From the NCBI GenBank assembly GCA_038046645.1, contig JBBSVU010000022.1, forward strand, positions 1 to 26,586: 26,586 nucleotides of DNA, given 5' to 3'. A program made the translations under genes and the position numbers. Positions within the stretch are counted from its first letter, which is position 1. Every line of letters starts with the position of its first letter. Shown here in pieces: positions 1-8,260 of this stretch. Under the pieces are notes generated by a model. The model was given only the letters and a program-made list of their open reading frames with translations. It was not told where the DNA came from and did not search any database. This DNA comes from an archaeon (GTDB taxonomy: Archaea; Iainarchaeota; Iainarchaeia; Iainarchaeales; 0-14-0-20-34-12).

Positions 1-2
1 CT

Positions 3-47
3 GTGAGCTTTCATCTACATCTTAAAAGATGTAGGTTTCCCGCTCAC
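3..47. mobile_element. IS200/IS605-type terminal hairpin module (mini-element, or the end of a larger IS running off the window)
   Basis: Outer inverted repeat GTGAGC(3-8)/GCTCAC(42-47) encloses the hairpin CTACATCTT-AA-AAGATGTAG followed by GTTTCC. It introduces the TGA that ends the adjacent ORF mid-motif. Same architecture as 13034-13082. Confidence 0.6.
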
Positions 48-1000
48 ACGGCTAAAACTTTTTTACCGTTTATTATTTCAGAATTTGAAACTGTTAAAGG
101 CGAGTCAGCATCAATAATTATGGCTTTTGGTGCCATTGCCTTTATGTTCTTTTTTACCAAATCAATATCTTCTTTTTTAGCAGAATCTTCCTTGTTTATG
201 ACTGCGACATCGCACATTCTTGCATTTGTTTCGCCTGGATGATATTTTAATTCATGGCCTGCCCTTAAAGGATCAAATACTACAACCTGAAGGTCTGATT
301 TATAAAATGGAGTATCATTATTGCCGCCATCCCAGATGATTACATCAGCTTCCTTTTCTGCTTCCCTCAGGATTTTTTCATAATCTACACCAGCATAAAC
401 TACCATGCCTCTGCTTGTGTATGGTTCATATTCTTCCATCTCTTCAATCGTGCATTTTTGCTTCACCATGTCCTCGTAAGTGGCAAATCTCTGCACTGCT
501 TGCTTCACTAAATCGCCATAAGGCATTGGGTGCCTTACCGCAACAACCTTTTTTCCTAATTTTTTTAAGGATGCACAAATAGCACGGCTTACCTGGCTTT
601 TTCCAGAACCAGTGCGTATTGCGCAAACAGAAATTACAGGCTTATTGCTTTTTACCATTGTTTTTTCCGCGCCGATTAAAACAAAATTTGAGCCTGCAGC
701 ATTGCATCTTGAGGCTAAATGCATAACAGTTTCATGCGAAACATCAGAATATGCAAAAATACATTGCTCTACGGAATATTTCTTGATTAAATTTTCCAAT
801 TCGGATTCATCAAATATGGGAATTCCTTTAGGGTATAATTTTCCTGCCAATTCTGCAGGATATTTTCTGTCATTAATGTAAGGAATTTGGGCAGCAGTAA
901 ATGCTATTATTTCATAATCAGGATTATCCCTATAAACTGTATTGAATACGTGAAAATCACGGCCTGCAGCACCCAAAATAAGAGTCTTTATTCTTGACAA
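44..1000 (-). pseudogene. P-loop NTPase of the cyclic 2,3-diphosphoglycerate synthetase-like / arginine synthetase (ArcE)-like family, apparently interrupted after codon 318
   Basis: N-terminal ILGAAGRDFHVFN, P-loop AIRTGSGKS, RHPMPYG, TIEEMEEYE, WDGGNND and YHPGETN are family motifs. TTG start with GGAGG RBS. The ORF stops at GKKVLAV, where the family normally continues EDGPTLTHG. Confidence 0.75.
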
Positions 1001-1095
1001 AAAATCCCTCCGTAATGCGAAAATATTTCAGAAATATTAAATATTGGAAATACAAAAGATTTAAATAACTAAAATATATTAGTTAATCTGAGCAT

Positions 1096-1563
1096 ATGGG
1101 TATTTACGATAATAATTTAGGGATAAAATTGCCGTCTAAGGGCATTTTATATGCAATATTGGCAATTCTGGTTTTGGTTATCCTATGGCTTGCCTTGACT
1201 TCTGTGATGAATTTCTTCAAGCCGCAGGCATTGCAGTTTTCTTTATCGCAGAATGAATTGCAAGCAAGCGGAGAGGACACATCAACCTTGACAGTTATTC
1301 TGACAAATGTTTCTGAAGAAACCAAAAAGAATGTGAATATTGAGATAACTGCATCAATTCCTGGCACCATCCTGATTAATTCCAAAAATGTGCTTTATGA
1401 AAATGTAAGCCCGATAGCAAAAAAAGAATCAAGGCAATTGGAATATGTGCTAAGGGCAAATCCTGCAAATGAAATGCTTGCTGGAAACTATACTTTATCA
1501 ATTAAGGCCAAGATGGACAAGGAAGAATACACCAAAGAATTTTCAGTTAAGGTTGTGAAATAA
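1096..1563 (+). CDS. Membrane-anchored hypothetical protein with a probable Ig-like beta-sandwich domain
   Basis: One N-terminal TM helix (ILYAILAILVLVILWLAL) followed by alternating beta-strand patterns (TLTVILTN, AGNYTLSIKA). Confidence 0.75.
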   Translation: MGIYDNNLGIKLPSKGILYAILAILVLVILWLALTSVMNFFKPQALQFSLSQNELQASGEDTSTLTVILTNVSEETKKNVNIEITASIPGTILINSKNVLYENVSPIAKKESRQLEYVLRANPANEMLAGNYTLSIKAKMDKEEYTKEFSVKVVK

Positions 1564-1577
1564 CTTTTCGCCCTAAA

Positions 1578-1859
1578 TCAGTATCTTATCGCAAAATCCT
1601 TGAATTCTTTATCTGCATTTTCAAACTCAAAAGTTACTGAATCAACCATTGAAGCCTGTGGGCCTTTTTTTAACTGTTTGAGAAATTCGTTCAGTTTTTC
1701 TTCTGCTCCTTGCGCTATTGCTTCAACAGAACCATTTTGCAGATTTCTCACAAAGCCTTTCAAGCCTAAAGAATCTGCTGCTTGCTTTGCAAATGCCCTA
1801 AAAAATACTCCTTGAACTCTTCCTGAAACAATTATGTGCACTCTTTTAATGTTCAGCAT
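1578..1859 (-). CDS. acyP: Acylphosphatase
   Basis: Signature VSGRVQGVFFR and GFVRNLQNGSVE; 93 aa. Confidence 0.96.
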   Translation of the reverse strand: MLNIKRVHIIVSGRVQGVFFRAFAKQAADSLGLKGFVRNLQNGSVEAIAQGAEEKLNEFLKQLKKGPQASMVDSVTFEFENADKEFKDFAIRY

Positions 1860-1910
1860 AAGGCATCAATGCCCATAAAGATTTAAAAATTGAAAAACCA
1901 TATTAAATGC

Positions 1911-2390
1911 ATGGGCAAAAAAGATGATGAACGATTAATGAAGTTAGCAATTGAAAAAACAAAGGATGGCATAGCAAAAGGGCAAACCCCATTTGGCGCA
2001 TGCATTGTAAAAAATGGGAGAGTAATAAGCTGTGTTCATAATGTTGTGTGGAAAAGTACTGACATAACCGCACATGCAGAGATTCATGCAATAAGGGAAG
2101 CATGCAAAAAATTGAAAACAATTGATTTATCTGGTTGCATAATTTATTCTACCTGCGAACCCTGCCCAATGTGTTTTAGTGCATGCCACTGGGCAAATAT
2201 TTCTAAGGTAATTTACGGCGCAAAAATAAGTGATGCAAAAAAATACGGATTTAATGAATTAACTGTTTCAAACAGGGAAATGAAAGAAAAAGGCAAAAGC
2301 AAAATAAGGATAATTGGGGATTTTCTTAGGGATGAAAATGTAGAACTTTTCAAACTATGGGCAAAAAATAAAGATAGAAAAACCTATTAA
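1911..2390 (+). CDS. Zinc-dependent nucleoside/guanine deaminase (CDA/TadA fold, GuaD-like)
   Basis: PFGACIV, TAHAEIHAIR (HxE) and CEPCPMC (PCxxC). The ATG at 1911 is preferred over the upstream TTG. Confidence 0.9.
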   Translation: MGKKDDERLMKLAIEKTKDGIAKGQTPFGACIVKNGRVISCVHNVVWKSTDITAHAEIHAIREACKKLKTIDLSGCIIYSTCEPCPMCFSACHWANISKVIYGAKISDAKKYGFNELTVSNREMKEKGKSKIRIIGDFLRDENVELFKLWAKNKDRKTY

Positions 2391-2975
2391 TTAACCGAGT
2401 ATGCCTACTTTGATGTATGCAATGCCCATCGCGATTAGCAACAAACCCATTACCTTTGAGAAAATAAGTATTATTTTATCGCCAAGAAGATTTTTTGCCA
2501 GAATCGCATTTCTTAAAATAACCCATGAAAGGAATAATGCTGCGATAAGCGATATTAGGACAATATAGACACTGTGTTCTTGCACCAAAACAACAATGCT
2601 TGAGATTAAGCCAGGGCCTGTTAATAGTGGAGTAGCAATTAATACAGCTGCAGAATCCAAAGAATCTGATTTTTTGCCATTGTGGTTTGAGAATGAAAAA
2701 CCCAAAACATTTTCCAAACCAAGCAACCCTAAAACTATCCCTCCGGCAATCCTAAAATCTGAAAGCGTGATGGAAAGAACATTTAAAATTGCTGTGCCCG
2801 AAAAAACAAAAATTAAAGCCAGGATACCGGCAATTAAAACTGCCTTATTTGCTGTTTTTGCCAACTGCTCTTTGTTATGCCCTTGTGTTAACGCCAAAAA
2901 AGAGGGAAGGCTGGCAAATGGGTCCATTATGATAAATATAGTAATGAATGAAATCAAAATTGAGGCAATTTCCAT
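2391..2975 (-). CDS. MarC family membrane protein
   Basis: FIIMDPF, FRIAGGIVL, ATPLLTGPG and KVMGLLLIAMG; multiple TM segments. Likely start is the ATG at 2975. Confidence 0.92.
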   Translation of the reverse strand: MEIASILISFITIFIIMDPFASLPSFLALTQGHNKEQLAKTANKAVLIAGILALIFVFSGTAILNVLSITLSDFRIAGGIVLGLLGLENVLGFSFSNHNGKKSDSLDSAAVLIATPLLTGPGLISSIVVLVQEHSVYIVLISLIAALFLSWVILRNAILAKNLLGDKIILIFSKVMGLLLIAMGIAYIKVGILG

Positions 2976-3065
2976 GAAATATAGTAGATAGAATAGGTTT
3001 ATAAATTTAAGATTTAGAATTATATCAAAAGACATTAATTAAGGACCATAGTAGGTCGGCTGATT

Positions 3066-3377
3066 ATGATTCTAGCATATATTCCGTGCAAGGACGAAGA
3101 AGAAGCAAAAAGAATTGGCAAAAAACTGGTTGAAGGAAAAATTGCTACATGCGCAAATATTATTCCAAAAATGACAAGCTATTATATTTGGCAGAAAAAA
3201 TTGCGGGAAGAAAATGAGGCATTATTGATATGCAAAACAACAGAAAGGAAGATGAAACTTCTTGAAAGCAAGGTAAAAAAACTCCATTCTTATTCTGTGC
3301 CATGCATTGCTTGCATAAAAATTGATAAAATGAACAAGGAATATGAAAGATGGGCAAAAAAACAGCTATTATCCTAA
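3066..3377 (+). CDS. cutA: Divalent-cation tolerance protein CutA
   Basis: ATCANII, SYYIWQ, EALLICKT and LHSYSVPCI motifs; 103 aa. Confidence 0.93.
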   Translation: MILAYIPCKDEEEAKRIGKKLVEGKIATCANIIPKMTSYYIWQKKLREENEALLICKTTERKMKLLESKVKKLHSYSVPCIACIKIDKMNKEYERWAKKQLLS

Positions 3378-3451
3378 GAAAATTCGGCTAGAGACGAACT
3401 CTAATTCGTTAAAATGCCAATATTTAAATTCAGTTTGAGCATGTCTAAGGT

Positions 3452-4033
3452 ATGGCAGAGCAGAAAAAGCACCGAGCTATTACTATTTATGGCAGGGGCG
3501 GCCAAGGGGCTGTGACAAGTTCAGAGGTATTAGCCATAGCTGCCTTTTACGATGGCAAAAAATGCCAAGGATTTCCAAGTTTCGGGGTTGAAAGAAGAGG
3601 AGCTCCGGTAACTGCCTATGCAAGGATAAGCGAAAAGCCAATAAGGATAAGACAGCAGGTGTACAAGCCAGATTATGTTATTGTGCTTGATCCTTCATTA
3701 ACTAAAGCAATTGATGTGGGTGCAGGGACAAATGAAAATAGCACAATACTCATTAACTCGGACAAAAAACCTGCGGATTTTAAACTGAATACAAAAGCAA
3801 AGATTTACACAGTAAATGTTACTAAAAAAGCAATTGAAGTAATTGGTAAACCTTTTGTGAATATTGCAATGCTTGGATTTTTTTCATATGTTACAAAGGA
3901 GATAAGTTTGGAATCTTTGAAAAAAGCGGTAGATGAGGCATTTGAATCAAAGCCAAAAATAGCTGAATTGAATAAAAAAGCAATTGAAGCAGTTTTTGGC
4001 GCTTGCAAGGATAATGTTTGTTTGAAAAATTGA
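3452..4033 (+). CDS. porC: Pyruvate:ferredoxin oxidoreductase gamma subunit
   Basis: GRGGQGAVT, FPSFGVERRGAPVTAY and PDYVIVLD; first gene of the POR cluster. Confidence 0.93.
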   Translation: MAEQKKHRAITIYGRGGQGAVTSSEVLAIAAFYDGKKCQGFPSFGVERRGAPVTAYARISEKPIRIRQQVYKPDYVIVLDPSLTKAIDVGAGTNENSTILINSDKKPADFKLNTKAKIYTVNVTKKAIEVIGKPFVNIAMLGFFSYVTKEISLESLKKAVDEAFESKPKIAELNKKAIEAVFGACKDNVCLKN

Positions 4034-4042
4034 AGTGAAAAT

Positions 4043-4327
4043 ATGGCTGAGCAGAAAAAAGAGAAAAAGATTTCAGTTGGCGCAATAATAACTGAGATTG
4101 GCTCTACCCTAAACAACAAAACCGGGGGTTGGAGAACTGAAAGGCCAGAGATTGACCAAGCAAAATGCATAAAATGCGCAAACTGCTGGATTTTCTGCCC
4201 GGATTCTGCAGTCTACAAAGATAAAGATGGAAAATTCCAGATAAATTACGATTATTGCAAAGGCTGTAGCATTTGCTCAAATGAATGCCCGGTAAAATGC
4301 ATAGCAATGAAATTGGAGGAAAAATAA
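4043..4327 (+). CDS. porD: Pyruvate:ferredoxin oxidoreductase delta subunit (2x[4Fe-4S])
   Basis: KTGGWRTERP, CIKCANCWIFCP and YDYCKGCSICSNECP. Confidence 0.95.
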   Translation: MAEQKKEKKISVGAIITEIGSTLNNKTGGWRTERPEIDQAKCIKCANCWIFCPDSAVYKDKDGKFQINYDYCKGCSICSNECPVKCIAMKLEEK

Positions 4328-4354
4328 ATAAAATAATTAAGCAAATAAAATAAG

Positions 4355-4502
4355 TTATAGCAAAAGACTTTAATTTTGAGACTTTTATTGTCTTTTGCTA
4401 GATACAAATTAAATCCAAAGGATTTAATTGTACACTTAAAGCTTGCTTTAAGTTGTAGTAAAGGATTATATTATGGCCAAATATTTATGTCCTTTACTAT
4501 AA
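4355..4502. other. Array of four adjacent hairpins inside the POR operon (structured RNA or MITE candidate)
   Basis: Inverted repeats at 4358-4400, 4403-4432, 4434-4453 and 4456-4499, bounded by TTATAG/CTATAA. Confidence 0.6.
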
Positions 4503-4547
4503 TTAGCAAAATTTATTAATAATTAATCACAAAATCTGATGATGTTT

Positions 4548-5696
4548 ATGGTTCAAAAGGTAATTGAAGCAAGCAATGCAGTTGCTGAAGCCGTAAGGTT
4601 AAGCAGGGTTAAAGTAATTCCTATGTATCCAATAACACCACAGACGCACATAGTTGAAAAATTGGCTGAAATGATTAATAATGGCGATTTGGAAGCAAGC
4701 ATGATTCCGACAGAATCAGAGCATTCTGCTGCTTCCGCGCTTTTTGGTGCACAAGCTACTGGGGTTAGGACATTTACTGCCACAGCATCACAAGGATTAG
4801 CATATATGTTTGAAATGCTGCCAATAATTTCAGGCAATAGAATGCCTTGCGTGATGGCAGTTGCAAACCGAGCATTATCCGCCCCAATAAATATCTGGAA
4901 TGACCATTCTGATGCTGTTTCCGCTAGGGACCAAGGATGGCTGCAATTATATGTTGAAAGTTCGCAGGAAGCATTAGATACAACAATACAGGCATATAAA
5001 ATCAGCGAGAATTTTGATGTTTTATTGCCAACAATGATTTGTTTGGATGGCTTTACATTAAGCCATGTGTATGAAATTGTTGAAATGCCTGAGCAGGAAA
5101 AAGTGGATAAGTATCTGCCAGCATACAAGCCATTTGTGAAATTGGATCCTGAAAACCCAGTTACTATTGGGCCGGTTGCTTTCCCTGACACTTTTATGGA
5201 ATTCAAATATGAACAGCAGAAAGCAATCAATAATTCAGCAAAAATAATTGAAAAAGCAAATGCTGATTTTGAAAAAATATTTGGAAGAAGTTATGGAAAT
5301 GGATTGCTTGATTTGTACCGAATGGAAGATGCAGAATATGCTATTATTGGCATGGGTACATTATGTGGGACGGCTAGAAAAACTGTTGATAAGTTAAGGG
5401 AACAGAATAAAAAGGTTGGATTGATAAAAATAAGGTCATACAGGCCATTCCCTGCAGAACAATTAATTAAAGCTGCAAAGAATCTGAAGGGAATTGCTGT
5501 AATTGACAGGCATATTTCATTAGGGAATAATGGCCCATTGTTTGAGGAGGTAAGAAGTGCAGTATATGGCAATGCAAAGGATATATTTGTGAATGGATTT
5601 ATTGCAGGCTTGGGCGGAAGGGATATTACAATTGAGCATCTGAATAAAGCTTTGGAAATGACTATGAAAAAGGAAAATGGGGTGTGGTTATTTTGA
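4548..5696 (+). CDS. porA: Pyruvate:ferredoxin oxidoreductase alpha subunit
   Basis: YPITPQT, ESEHSA, TATASQG, NRALSAPINIWNDHSD, DGFTLSH and GLGGRDI. The start could be 4539, 4542 or 4548. Confidence 0.96.
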   Translation: MVQKVIEASNAVAEAVRLSRVKVIPMYPITPQTHIVEKLAEMINNGDLEASMIPTESEHSAASALFGAQATGVRTFTATASQGLAYMFEMLPIISGNRMPCVMAVANRALSAPINIWNDHSDAVSARDQGWLQLYVESSQEALDTTIQAYKISENFDVLLPTMICLDGFTLSHVYEIVEMPEQEKVDKYLPAYKPFVKLDPENPVTIGPVAFPDTFMEFKYEQQKAINNSAKIIEKANADFEKIFGRSYGNGLLDLYRMEDAEYAIIGMGTLCGTARKTVDKLREQNKKVGLIKIRSYRPFPAEQLIKAAKNLKGIAVIDRHISLGNNGPLFEEVRSAVYGNAKDIFVNGFIAGLGGRDITIEHLNKALEMTMKKENGVWLF

Positions 5697-6613
5697 ACCA
5701 GCCAAATGTAGGAAATGGAATGATAAGGGCAATGCCTGAGGAAGAATTCTTTGTTTCCGGGCACAGGGCTTGCGCAGGATGCGGTGCAACAATTTTGCTA
5801 AGGCATATTACGAAAGCTGCAGGAAAGGATACAATAATAGTGAATGCAACAGGCTGCATGGAGGTTGTTTCAACACCATACCCTGAAACCTCTTGGCGCT
5901 TGCCTTGGATACATGGGGCTTTCCAGAATAATTCTGCCATAGCTTCTGGGATTGCTGAAGCCCTAAAAATTCAGGGAAAGAAAACTAAAGTAATCTGTAT
6001 TGGGGGAGATGGCGCTACATTTGATATTGGCTTTGGAACATTAAGTGGAGCCTTAGAAAGAGGGCATGATTTCCTGTATATTTGCTATGATAATGAAGCC
6101 TATCAAAATACTGGCGTGCAGAGAAGCGGCGCTACACCTAAGTATGCAAATACAACAACAAGCCCTGCAGAGAAAAAGGTGCATGGAAAAACTGAGCTCA
6201 AAAAGCCCTTGCCTTTAATTATTGCAGCGCATAGAGCGCCATATGTTGCCACGGCATCTGTTTCACATATTCCTGATTTATACGCTAAAATAAAAAAAGC
6301 ATTGAGCATTGAAGGCCCAAAATACTTGCAAATATTTGCTACCTGCCCAACTGGATGGTATTCCGATATTTCAAAAAGCATTGAGATTCCAAGGATGGCT
6401 GTGCAGGCTAGGGTATATCCGTTATATGAAATAGTGAATGGAAAATTGAAATTCACTGTTGAAGTAAATAATCCAATTCCAGTAAAGGATTATCTGAAAA
6501 CGCAGGGAAGATTTAAACATTTGACTGAAGAGGAGATTGCCGAAATACAAAAAAATGTTGATTCCGAATGGAACAAATTAAAAACACTTGAGAAACTTGA
6601 GGGCATTTTCTGA
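5684..6613 (+). CDS. porB: Pyruvate:ferredoxin oxidoreductase beta subunit
   Basis: GHRACAGCG, TGCMEV, TPP motif GGDGATFDIG...YDNEAYQNTG, and CPTGW. Exact start uncertain (5684-5732). Confidence 0.96.
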   Translation: MVILNQPNVGNGMIRAMPEEEFFVSGHRACAGCGATILLRHITKAAGKDTIIVNATGCMEVVSTPYPETSWRLPWIHGAFQNNSAIASGIAEALKIQGKKTKVICIGGDGATFDIGFGTLSGALERGHDFLYICYDNEAYQNTGVQRSGATPKYANTTTSPAEKKVHGKTELKKPLPLIIAAHRAPYVATASVSHIPDLYAKIKKALSIEGPKYLQIFATCPTGWYSDISKSIEIPRMAVQARVYPLYEIVNGKLKFTVEVNNPIPVKDYLKTQGRFKHLTEEEIAEIQKNVDSEWNKLKTLEKLEGIF

Positions 6614-6679
6614 TTTTTTTTGAAAATTTAAAGAAATCTGCTAGGGAAACAAATATAAAATTGTGCAAACGTAATATCT

Positions 6680-6747
6680 ATGGCAGAAGGGATTCTTTTT
6701 CTAAAAAGAATCAACCAACTCTCTTAGCAGCACCTTCTGCCATTTTT
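6680..6747 (+). ncRNA. Candidate small structured RNA (or terminator-like element)
   Basis: 11-bp terminal stem ATGGCAGAAGG/CCTTCTGCCAT, inner hairpin GATTCTTTTT-CT-AAAAAGAATC, 3' T-run, and a TATA-like AATATAAAA about 25 nt upstream. Confidence 0.35.
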
Positions 6748-6818
6748 AACGCTAATTCTGGTGAAGCTAAATATTATAAATGCCAAGAATACAATAGTTC
6801 TACCGCAAGGTGCAAGAT

Positions 6819-7115
6819 ATGGTTAAAAGAAATAAAAAGTTTGAAGATTCAGAAAATGATAAGGAATCTGAGGAAGAATTCCTTGATGAGGAATATGATT
6901 CTAAGGATATTGACGAGAATTACTCTGAAGAGGATAAAGCAGATGAGAGCGGAGAATACATAAAAGGCTATAATGAAGAATTATTAACCTGTGATTTTTG
7001 TGGAAGGGATATTGACCCAGACCAAGCAATCTTAAAAGAAATAGATGATGAAGAACATACATTCTGCTCAGAGAGATGTGCAGCTAATTTTAAAAAAGAA
7101 CACAGAACCGAATAA
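6819..7115 (+). CDS. Small acidic protein with a C-terminal TRASH/YHS-type metal-binding motif
   Basis: D/E-rich N-terminus, then CDFCGRDI...HTFCSERC (CxxC...FCSxxC). The ATG at 6819 is preferred. Confidence 0.8.
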   Translation: MVKRNKKFEDSENDKESEEEFLDEEYDSKDIDENYSEEDKADESGEYIKGYNEELLTCDFCGRDIDPDQAILKEIDDEEHTFCSERCAANFKKEHRTE

Positions 7116-7220
7116 TCAAATGCTTACAATGAGCAATAAAGTACAGCAACAGTGGATTCAGCGACATAGCTACATTAAACTAGTTAATTGAACTGATTTA
7201 ACACTTAAAAAAGAAAAAAA

Positions 7221-7340
7221 TTATGATGAATCAAACAAGGAAACTTCCAAATCCTCATCGTCCAAATCGTTCAATTCCAGGACTTTCTGCATCATCCTGT
7301 CCTTTACAAGTTCTTCTTCCCTTTTTTTCTCCCGAGTCAT
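7221..7340 (-). CDS. Small protein, 39 aa (MTREKKREEELVKDRMMQKVLELNDLDDEDLEVSLFDSS)
   Basis: Translated by hand; too short to appear in the ORF track. AGGAGA RBS 4 nt before the ATG, TATA-like element near 7371-7380, T-run after the TAA. Confidence 0.65.
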   Translation of the reverse strand: MTREKKREEELVKDRMMQKVLELNDLDDEDLEVSLFDSS

Positions 7341-7411
7341 GCTATCTCCTAAACTTGGGAAAGAACGAAACCTTAATATAGGTTATCTTTAGCATAAAAA
7401 TAAGGCAGAAA

Positions 7412-7687
7412 ATGAATGAAGCTGATAAATACTGGGAAAAGATACAGAACATAAGGAAAAAAGAGGCTATTTCAATTGGCAGAACCCTTATTATTGCATT
7501 GCTTGTTTCGGTATTGCTTATCCCGTTTCTAATTTTGCTGCTTGATGAAAATATTTCATTTGCAATTTACTTCATAATTATGACTACAAACATAATCTGG
7601 ATAATAAAGGATATTATGGAATATGAAGAGAATATTTTTAAGGTTAGAGAAAAAATAAGGGATGCTAATTTAGATAACAGTCAATAG
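7412..7687 (+). CDS. Hypothetical membrane protein (2 TM)
   Basis: Two hydrophobic segments flanked by charged helices; 91 aa. Confidence 0.7.
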   Translation: MNEADKYWEKIQNIRKKEAISIGRTLIIALLVSVLLIPFLILLLDENISFAIYFIIMTTNIIWIIKDIMEYEENIFKVREKIRDANLDNSQ

Positions 7688-7708
7688 GGCAAATGGTTTA
7701 AAGCAGCA

Positions 7709-7750
7709 TTTATAAATCGTTATAGATAGTTATAGTATATTATAGGTGAT
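7709..7750 (+). promoter_or_regulatory. Promoter/operator of the RelBE-type module
   Basis: TATA box TTTATAAA at 7709-7716, three TTATAG direct repeats at 10-bp period (7720, 7730, 7740), SD GGTGAT at 7745-7750. Confidence 0.6.
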
Positions 7751-7753
7751 ATA

Positions 7754-7993
7754 ATGACACAGACTTCAATACAAATACAAACAGGGCTCAAAAAAGAATT
7801 GGACTGCTTTAAAGAGCATCCAAGAGAAACTTATAATGATACTATACAAAAATTAATATACATCGTAAAAAATGTAGAGTCCAATCCAAAACTAAGCAAA
7901 CAAACATTAAAGGAAATAGAGAAAGCAAGAAAAAGGATTAATTCCGGGCAATATTTCGGCTCAGAGCAAATAAAGGCAAAATTAGGAATATGA
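7754..7993 (+). CDS. Putative antitoxin (RHH-like N-terminus) of a RelE-type TA pair
   Basis: TSIQI...KEHPRETYNDTIQKL and C-terminal EQIKAKLGI; directly abuts the RelE gene. Confidence 0.8.
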   Translation: MTQTSIQIQTGLKKELDCFKEHPRETYNDTIQKLIYIVKNVESNPKLSKQTLKEIEKARKRINSGQYFGSEQIKAKLGI

Positions 7994-8254
7994 ATGTCTT
8001 ACTTAATAAAATGGGACAAAAAGGCACTAATTTTTCTCAGCAAACTAGACAAAGATATGGCAAAAAGGATTTTTGACAAAATTGAGAAATCAAAAGAAAA
8101 TCCCAATTATTTTTATGGCGAATTATCAAACAGCACAGCGTCAAAACTGAGGGTCGGGGATTACAGGGTTGTTGCCGATATTAGCCACACAACACAAGAG
8201 ATTCGCATTTTGCTAATTGGGCACAGAAAGAATGTTTATGATAAAATGCAGTGA
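7994..8254 (+). CDS. relE: RelE/ParE family toxin
   Basis: KLRVGDYRVVADI and IGHRKNVYD; 86 aa. Confidence 0.9.
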   Translation: MSYLIKWDKKALIFLSKLDKDMAKRIFDKIEKSKENPNYFYGELSNSTASKLRVGDYRVVADISHTTQEIRILLIGHRKNVYDKMQ

Positions 8255-8260
8255 ATCAAA

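Noticed and set aside
11..46. TGA recoding or alternative genetic code allowing read-through of the first gene
   Set aside because: TGA terminates several clearly complete genes here (acyP, porC, porB, relE, MNT), and the read-through peptide does not match the family.
4553..6456. Long antisense ORFs opposite porA/porB, and similar shadow ORFs throughout the window
   Set aside because: They lie opposite well-supported genes and show no motifs or RBS.
6680..6743. tRNA (the stem ends in ..GCCA)
   Set aside because: No D arm, anticodon arm or TTC T-loop; a cloverleaf cannot be formed.
6661..6963. 100-aa ORF overlapping the acidic TRASH protein
   Set aside because: Alternative frame with a TTG start and no motif; the overlapping frame has the clear Cys motif.
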